NCBI RefSeq assembly: GCF_009914755.1
Contig: NC_060930.1
Length of the DNA: 64,000 nt
Source of the DNA: the human T2T-CHM13v2.0 reference genome, Homo sapiens
Direction: 5' to 3' (one strand)
Below the pieces are notes generated by a model that saw only the letters and a list, made by a program, of their open reading frames with translations, had not been told where the DNA came from and did no database searches. Below are positions 55,891 through 64,000 of this stretch, piece by piece. The position numbers and the translations under genes were made by a program. Every line of letters starts with the position of its first letter. The first letter of the stretch is position 1.

Positions 55891-57297
55891 GTGTCAGGAA
55901 CTGAAGCACTTCAAAGCTGGAAGTGGAGATCAGAGATGAAGTTAGAGAGGTGAGCAGGGGCCAGCCCACCAAGGGCTTTGTAAATCCTGTTAGGAAGTTT
56001 CAGCTTAATCTTGAAGGCACTGGAGCTGCCAAAGGGCTTAAGCAGGATGATGAGAGCATCACATTATTTTTCCTTTTTTCCCCCTTTAACAAAGGATCAG
56101 TCTGGATGCTCTGTGTGAAGTGGATTTACATGGACAAAAATAAACAGATGTTAGTTTGGAGGCCATTGCAGGAGCCAGAGAGAAATGGCATTGGGCTGCG
56201 ATGATGGGAGTAAAGATAGAGGAAAGAAGGGGGAGTGTCTGAGAGATTTGGAAGGAGACTAGACAGGACTCAGTGATTAACTGGAAGCAAGAGTTGTAGA
56301 AGTTCCAGTTTGTGGAACTGGGTCTGTGGTGATCTTGGTACCTGACAGAGTGAACCTGGAGGAGAAGGTTTGGAGCAAGCTGGTAGGTCCCTTTACACAT
56401 GCTGCTTGCTCCTGGGTTCCTCTGTGATCCTATGCCTCATCTTCTCTGCATAACAAGGCACTTGCCTCCTACAAGATCTGTTTTATAAATTCCTCCTCTT
56501 CTGGGAAGCCTATCTGGGTTTCGCCCTCTGTTGGTTCTGGTTAGATGATTATGAGTGTGTGAAGTCAGTATCTGTTTACAGGTATCTCTTCTGCAGCTTG
56601 AGCTTCTCCAAGCAAGGATGTGTTTTATTCCATGCTGTGTCCCTCACACAGCACCTGGGACACAGGAGGTACACAGTAAGTGCTTGTTAAAGAGATGATT
56701 TATGGCCAGGTGTGGTGGCTTAACCCTGTAATCCCAGCACTTTGGGAGGCCGGGGCGGGTGGATCACCTGAGGTCAGGAGTTCGAGACCGGCCTGACTAA
56801 CATGGTGAAAGCCCGTCTGTACTAAAAATGCAAAAATTAGCCAGGCATGATGGTGCACACCTGTAATCCCAGCTACTCAGGAGGCTGAGGCAGGAGAATC
56901 ACTGAACCTGGGAGGCGGAGGTTGCGGTGAGCTGAGGTTGCGGTGAGCTGAGATTGCACCATTGCACTCCAGCCTGGGCAACAAGAGCAAAACTCCATCT
57001 CAAAACAAAAAAAAATTGGGAGGCCAAGGCACGCGGATCACCTGAGGTCAGGAGTTCGAGACCAGCCTGACCAACATGAAGAAACCCCATCTCTACTACT
57101 AAAAAAAAAAAAAAAAAGTGGGTCAGGGGACTTGTTCTCATTTCTAGAGTAAGGGAAAGGAGTCCAGGGGCAAGGGATATTTGCTTAGCTGATCAGGAAA
57201 GAGTCCTAGTTAAAGAGGTAGGTGCCTTAGCTGTTGACTCTAAGAGAGAGTAATATATTGTCAGCTGTATAAATTGCCTTTTGAATGTGGTTTCAAC

Positions 57298-57330
57298 ATT
57301 ATTATTATTATTACTATTATTATTATTATT
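57298..57330. repeat. (ATT)n microsatellite at an Alu monomer tail
   Basis: ATTATTATT... with one interruption. Confidence 0.9.
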
Positions 57331-57572
57331 AGAGGCAAGGTCTTGCTATGTTGCCCAGGCTGGTCTCGAACTCCTGGGCTCAAGCAATCTGCTCATCTCA
57401 GCCTCCCAGAGAGCTGGGATTACAGGCATGAGCCACTGTGTCCGACTGCTTTTAAATTACTTTCTTGTCAAAAGGTACATAAGACCAGGCTTGGGGCTCC
57501 CATCTATAATCCCAGCAATTTGGGAGGTAGAGGCAGGTGATCACTTGACGCCAGGAGTTGGAGACCAGCCTA

Positions 57573-57872
<300 letters not shown>

Positions 57873-57909
57873 CTAATAAGTGAACAGATCTGAGTTTAAA
57901 TTCTGATTA

Positions 57910-58029
<120 letters not shown>

Positions 58030-58341
58030 CTACTAAAAGTAGAAAAATTAGCTGGGCATGGTGGCACGCACCTGTAATCCCAGCTACTTGGGAGGTGGAG
58101 GATCTCTTGAACTTGGGAGGTGGAGGTTGCAGTGAGCTGAGGTTGCACCACTGCAATCCAGCCTGGGCAGCAGAGCTGGAGTGCAATAAATAAATTAATT
58201 AATTAATTCTGATTAGTTGTGCAATACTAGCTCTGTGACATTGGAAATGATATTTAACCTCTCTGAGCTTGGTTTCTTTCAACTACAAAGTGCAGATAAA
58301 GAAATATATACTTCTTTCATCTGTTGCATGAGATAATTTTA

Positions 58342-58593
<252 letters not shown>

Positions 58594-60602
58594 TCAGCGA
58601 GCCATGATTGCATCACTGCACTCTATCCTGGGTGACCTTGTCTCAAAAAAAAAAAAGAAAGAAAAAGAAATACGTACTTCTTTCAGGATTATCGTGATGT
58701 TAAATAAAGTGCTTACAGTATGGAAAAGTACCAAGTATTGGGCCAGGCCTACAGTAGCTCCTCAAAAATGCCAGGTCCTTCTGCCTTCCAGTCACCACGA
58801 CCTTTTATACTTTTGTTCTTTTGCAGTTCCCAGTCCTTAAGGTCAGTGGTGGAGCCGAATTTGCTTTGTACTCTATGACTTTCTTGGAAAGGGCCCTTTA
58901 TTGATTCCCTTATGAATAGGTCTCTGGCCTTTCTGCAATGCTGGGGAATAGTTGGGCAGAATTTACATGTAAATAATGCCAGGAAAAAACAAAACAAAAA
59001 GGCCCCAAAGAATCCTAGAAAGACAGAGCTGGGCAAACTCTGAGGGTTCCTTTAATGCCAGGACAAAATTTAACTGGCTTGTAATGAAAGGAAAAGATAA
59101 AGATATATAGTGATTTCAATGACAGTTTTAAAAACTTTTTTTAAAGCATTTTTTTTATGAAAGCTTCGCTATCTGTGAAATCTTCACTTTTGGGAACCAC
59201 TAATCTAATCTTATCTCACTTTACAGATAAGGGCATGTAAAACACTTGTGTGTTATGTAATATTAGTGGTATATGAGGTGTCTTCACAAAGGCTAAGTAT
59301 TTAATTGTAAGTTCCTGGAGGGATGTGGTTGTGTCTCCTATTTTTTACACCCCATAATCCCAGTTTATGGCATCATGCCTGGCATGTGAGGCACCCAATA
59401 ATTATCTAGCTGGGTGTGGTAGACACACCTATAATCCCAGCACTTATTCCTTGAGCCTAGGAGTTCAAGACCAGCCTGGGCAACAATGATACTTCGTCTC
59501 TACTAACAGTAAAATAACTTAAGCCGGGTGTGGTGGTACACGCCTGTAGTCCCAGCTACCCAGGTGACTGAGGCAGAGGATTGCTTGAGCCTGGGAGGTC
59601 GAGGCTGCTGTGAGCCGTGATCATACCCACTGCACTCCAGCTTGGGTAACAGAGTGAGACTCTGTCTCAAAAAAAAAAAAAAATCTATTGAATGAATAAA
59701 TGAAATAGCCTGGCACTCTTGAACCTTAGATTGTAATGATATTTATTCTTACTGATAGAGCTAGTAAACTCCTCGAGGGAGCCTCTGCCCCTTATTGCCC
59801 AGTAGAACAGATTCTCTGGGTGAATGAGCCCAAAGGTCAAACAGATCAAGCATTTTCAAGAAAAGATAACCCAATAACCTGAATCATAGCAGGAACCACG
59901 AGGTACTTCACTTATATTATCTCATTTAATCTTCATGGTAATCTTGCCAGGAGGGTAATCATTTGAAGCAAGAACAGGTTTAAGATTTCTTAAAAGACAC
60001 AGATGTAAGTCTTTAATACAGATTGGGAAGAGGATTACTTTTTCTGTCTCAGGTTCTTCAGGATAAAGGATAAAGATTTGGAGATCGTTTAAAAGCTTTT
60101 ATATAAATGCTCATTCATTGAGTTCAAATACTTTTAAAATGTCCTGGCAGTTGAAAGTTAAATAAGAAGCAAAAAATTATTCTTCTGCCTAGAATTTTTA
60201 AGGTTATCTTCTTTAGGTAGGATTTTATTGTTTGCTATGATGTGCCGCTTTTCTTGAAATACTACAAACCAGTGTTTTCAGCTGGGTGCGGTGGCTCACA
60301 CCTGTAATTTCAGCACTTTGGGAGGCTAAGGCAAGCGGATCACTTGAGGTCAGGAGTTCAAGACCAGCCTGGCTGACATGGTGAAACCCCATCTCTACTA
60401 AAAATGTAAAAATTAGCTGGGCATGGTGGCATGTGCCTGTAATCCCAGGTACTTGGGAGGCTAAGGCAAGAGAATCACTTCAACCCGAGAGGTGGAGGTT
60501 GCAGTGAGCCAAGATTACACCACTGCACTCCAGCCTGAGCAACAGAGTGAGACTCTGTCTCAGAAAAAAACAAAAAACAAACAAAAAAAACGAGCGTTTT
60601 CA

Positions 60603-61079
<477 letters not shown>

Positions 61080-61090
61080 CTAGGAGTTCA

Positions 61091-61276
<186 letters not shown>

Positions 61277-63593
61277 TTAAAAAAAAAAAAAAGAGTTTTG
61301 TGTTGCATATATAGATTTATATTATGTAACTGTATTCTATATATACACATACACGACTTGAGAGATAGGTTGTATTCTTTTTATAGGTTATGGGGTCTTT
61401 TGTTTGTTTGTTTTTTTGAGACGGAGTCTTGCTTTGTCACCCAGGCTGGAATGCAGTGGTGCGATCTCAGCTCACTTGCAAGCTCTGCCTCCCGGGTTCA
61501 TGCCATTCTCCTGCCTCAGCCTCCCGAGTAACTGGTACTACAGGCGTGTGCCACCACGCCTGGCTAAGTTTTTGTATTTTTAGTAGAGACGGGATTTTAC
61601 CGTATTAGCCAGGATGGTCTTGATCTCCTGACCTCGTGATCCACCCGCCTCAACCTCCCAAAGTGCTGGGATTACAGGCATGAGCGACCACGCCCGGCCT
61701 AGGTTATGTTTTAAAAATGTTAGAAAAACGTTTTGTGAATAAATGATGCCTTGCACTTTATGGGGCTCAGAAGTGTTTGTTGAATTGGATAAAGAGCTGT
61801 CTTTGTGTCATTACAACGCTGTAGCAATAAGGAACTATGCATGCTGAGCCAACTCCTGTGAAATGTCTTGTCAAGTGAGAACCTATTTGTGCTGCAGAGA
61901 CTTTTCCCTTCTGTAGTTGGTAATAATAATGAAAGTTTGCTTTTACAAAGTAACTATTACAAAGTTGCATTATTATTGCTAAACAGTGAAAGAGGCTGAT
62001 TTGGAGGACGGAATAATGGCAGGAAACATTTAGGAATGTGAATGCGTAACAGGGCTATGTTGCCAGGGATTTGTAGCTCTGACAATTGGGAGTTCTCTCT
62101 GGGAGAGATCCCAGTGGTCCATGACATGTAGTAATTTGAAATTTGCTGAGGCGCAAATTCAAGTACATCCTAGGAGGCTTGTGGGGAGGGAGACAGTCAT
62201 TGAGCTAGTGAGCAAGCCACGCCCCCTGCTCCATGTATGTGTTTAAACATGGCATGCATGCTATTTTTTTCTGTTCTTTGTCTTCACAGAGTAATTCCCT
62301 TCAGGTAATAGAAACTCTTTTCATCTGAAGAATGATGATGAAGTGAAAGGTGAAGCTTGAGTGAAATGTGTGTTGCAAACATAAGCCAAGGAAAATATAG
62401 GCTCTTGATAAAGGTGTGAGTTCCCCAGAAAGCCAGAGCCACTGTAGGACTTCATGTATCGTACAAGTGGGCGATTCCTGGTGCTCTCTTGTTGGTAGCT
62501 CTACAGGCTGTCAGGGATCAAGGCAATATTATTTGCTGCTTTTTTTTTAAGAACCTGTAGGGGTGAGCATTGATTTGAGGCAATATATAATGATTGATTA
62601 TATAGCCTGTGGAAGATAGAAACTTAGTGTGTAGAAATCGTTTAAAAAGAGGAAAAACTATATTGTATATGTGGGGATTTGTTTGTTTGCTACTAATTCC
62701 AGTGCTTTTTGTTTTTGTTTTCTATTTATTTCTTTTGAGACCAGGTTATAAGACTGGCTAATTTTTGTATTTCTGGTAGAGACAGGATTTTGCCCAGGCT
62801 GGTCTCGAACTCCTGGGCTCAAGCTATCCATCCACCTTAGCTTCCCAAAGTGCTGGGAATGCAGATGTGAGCCACCATGCCCAGCCTTCCGGTACTTTTT
62901 CATCAATTGCTTTAGGAGTGACTTTGTAAAGTTCTCTGATATTATCTGAGTAGTCAAGTTCTTTAGGATTGTGTCATCAGTCTCAAGTTTGCCCAGAGCT
63001 GGGGCTTTTCCACAAATCTTGGGGGTAAGAGAGAGAGATGAAGAGTTGGAGCCAGGACAAGGATCGTCAGTGGGAAAATCAGGACCAGATTCTGCTTCTA
63101 CCTTCATGTGTAGATGCTGACTCTTTTGAAAGAACTACAATAAAGTCACCTGTGGATTGACCCACATGCCTTAGCTCTGAAACACGCAAACTGGCTAACT
63201 GGGGAATCCACTCCCATGCCATTCTCTAATATTTGTTCATCTAAACTTAGCATCCTGTAATGTGCTTGTGAGTCATAATTGCAATTGTAGAAAGAGAAAG
63301 AGGCCTGGCACAGTGGGTCACGCCTGTAATAGCACTTTGGGAGGCCGAGCGGGTGGATCACTTGAGGTTAGCAGTTTGAGACCAGCCTGGCCAACATGGT
63401 GAAACCCCATCTCTGCTAAAAATACAAAAATTAGCTGGGTGTGGTGGTGAGCACCAGTAATCCGAGCTACTCGGGAGTCTGAAACAGAAGAATTGATTGT
63501 GCCGGGTGCCGTGGCTCACGCCTGTAATCCCAGCACTTTGGGAGGCCAAGGCGGGCGGATCATGAGGTCAGGAGATCGAGACCATCCTGGCTA

Positions 63594-63998
<405 letters not shown>

Positions 63999-64000
63999 TA

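Overview
Human (primate) genomic DNA, recognisable as the 6p21.1 PRPH2-TBCC-BICRAL interval and extremely Alu-dense. On the minus strand are PRPH2 (peripherin-2/RDS) coding exon 1 (18483-19063) and exon 2 (1115-1361); exon 3 lies beyond the left edge. Also on the minus strand is the intronless TBCC gene (41770-42810), inside a CpG island that is probably a bidirectional promoter for a non-coding first exon of BICRAL (assigned by recalled synteny). Between PRPH2 and TBCC lie a CTCF motif, a full-length processed ATP6V0C pseudogene with TSDs, a 5'-only SLC25A5 (ANT2) retro-fragment, an LTR13A-type solo LTR with a 6-bp TSD and nested AluJ/L1MA/AluS insertions. Most ORFs in the supplied track are Alu or low-complexity artefacts. 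I found no convincing new multi-gene system. The most notable unexplained structures are a strong-Kozak uORF upstream of the PRPH2 start, two inverted ~39-bp minisatellite arrays bracketing CRX-type motifs in PRPH2 intron 1, a ~360-bp intronic duplication with a 75-bp perfect core, a possibly tailless SLC25A5 retrocopy, an orphan 3'-end retrocopy, a young Alu-junction 60-bp VNTR and a perfected hairpin in a TBCC 3'UTR Alu. Repeat subfamily names come from recognition by eye and their coordinates are approximate.
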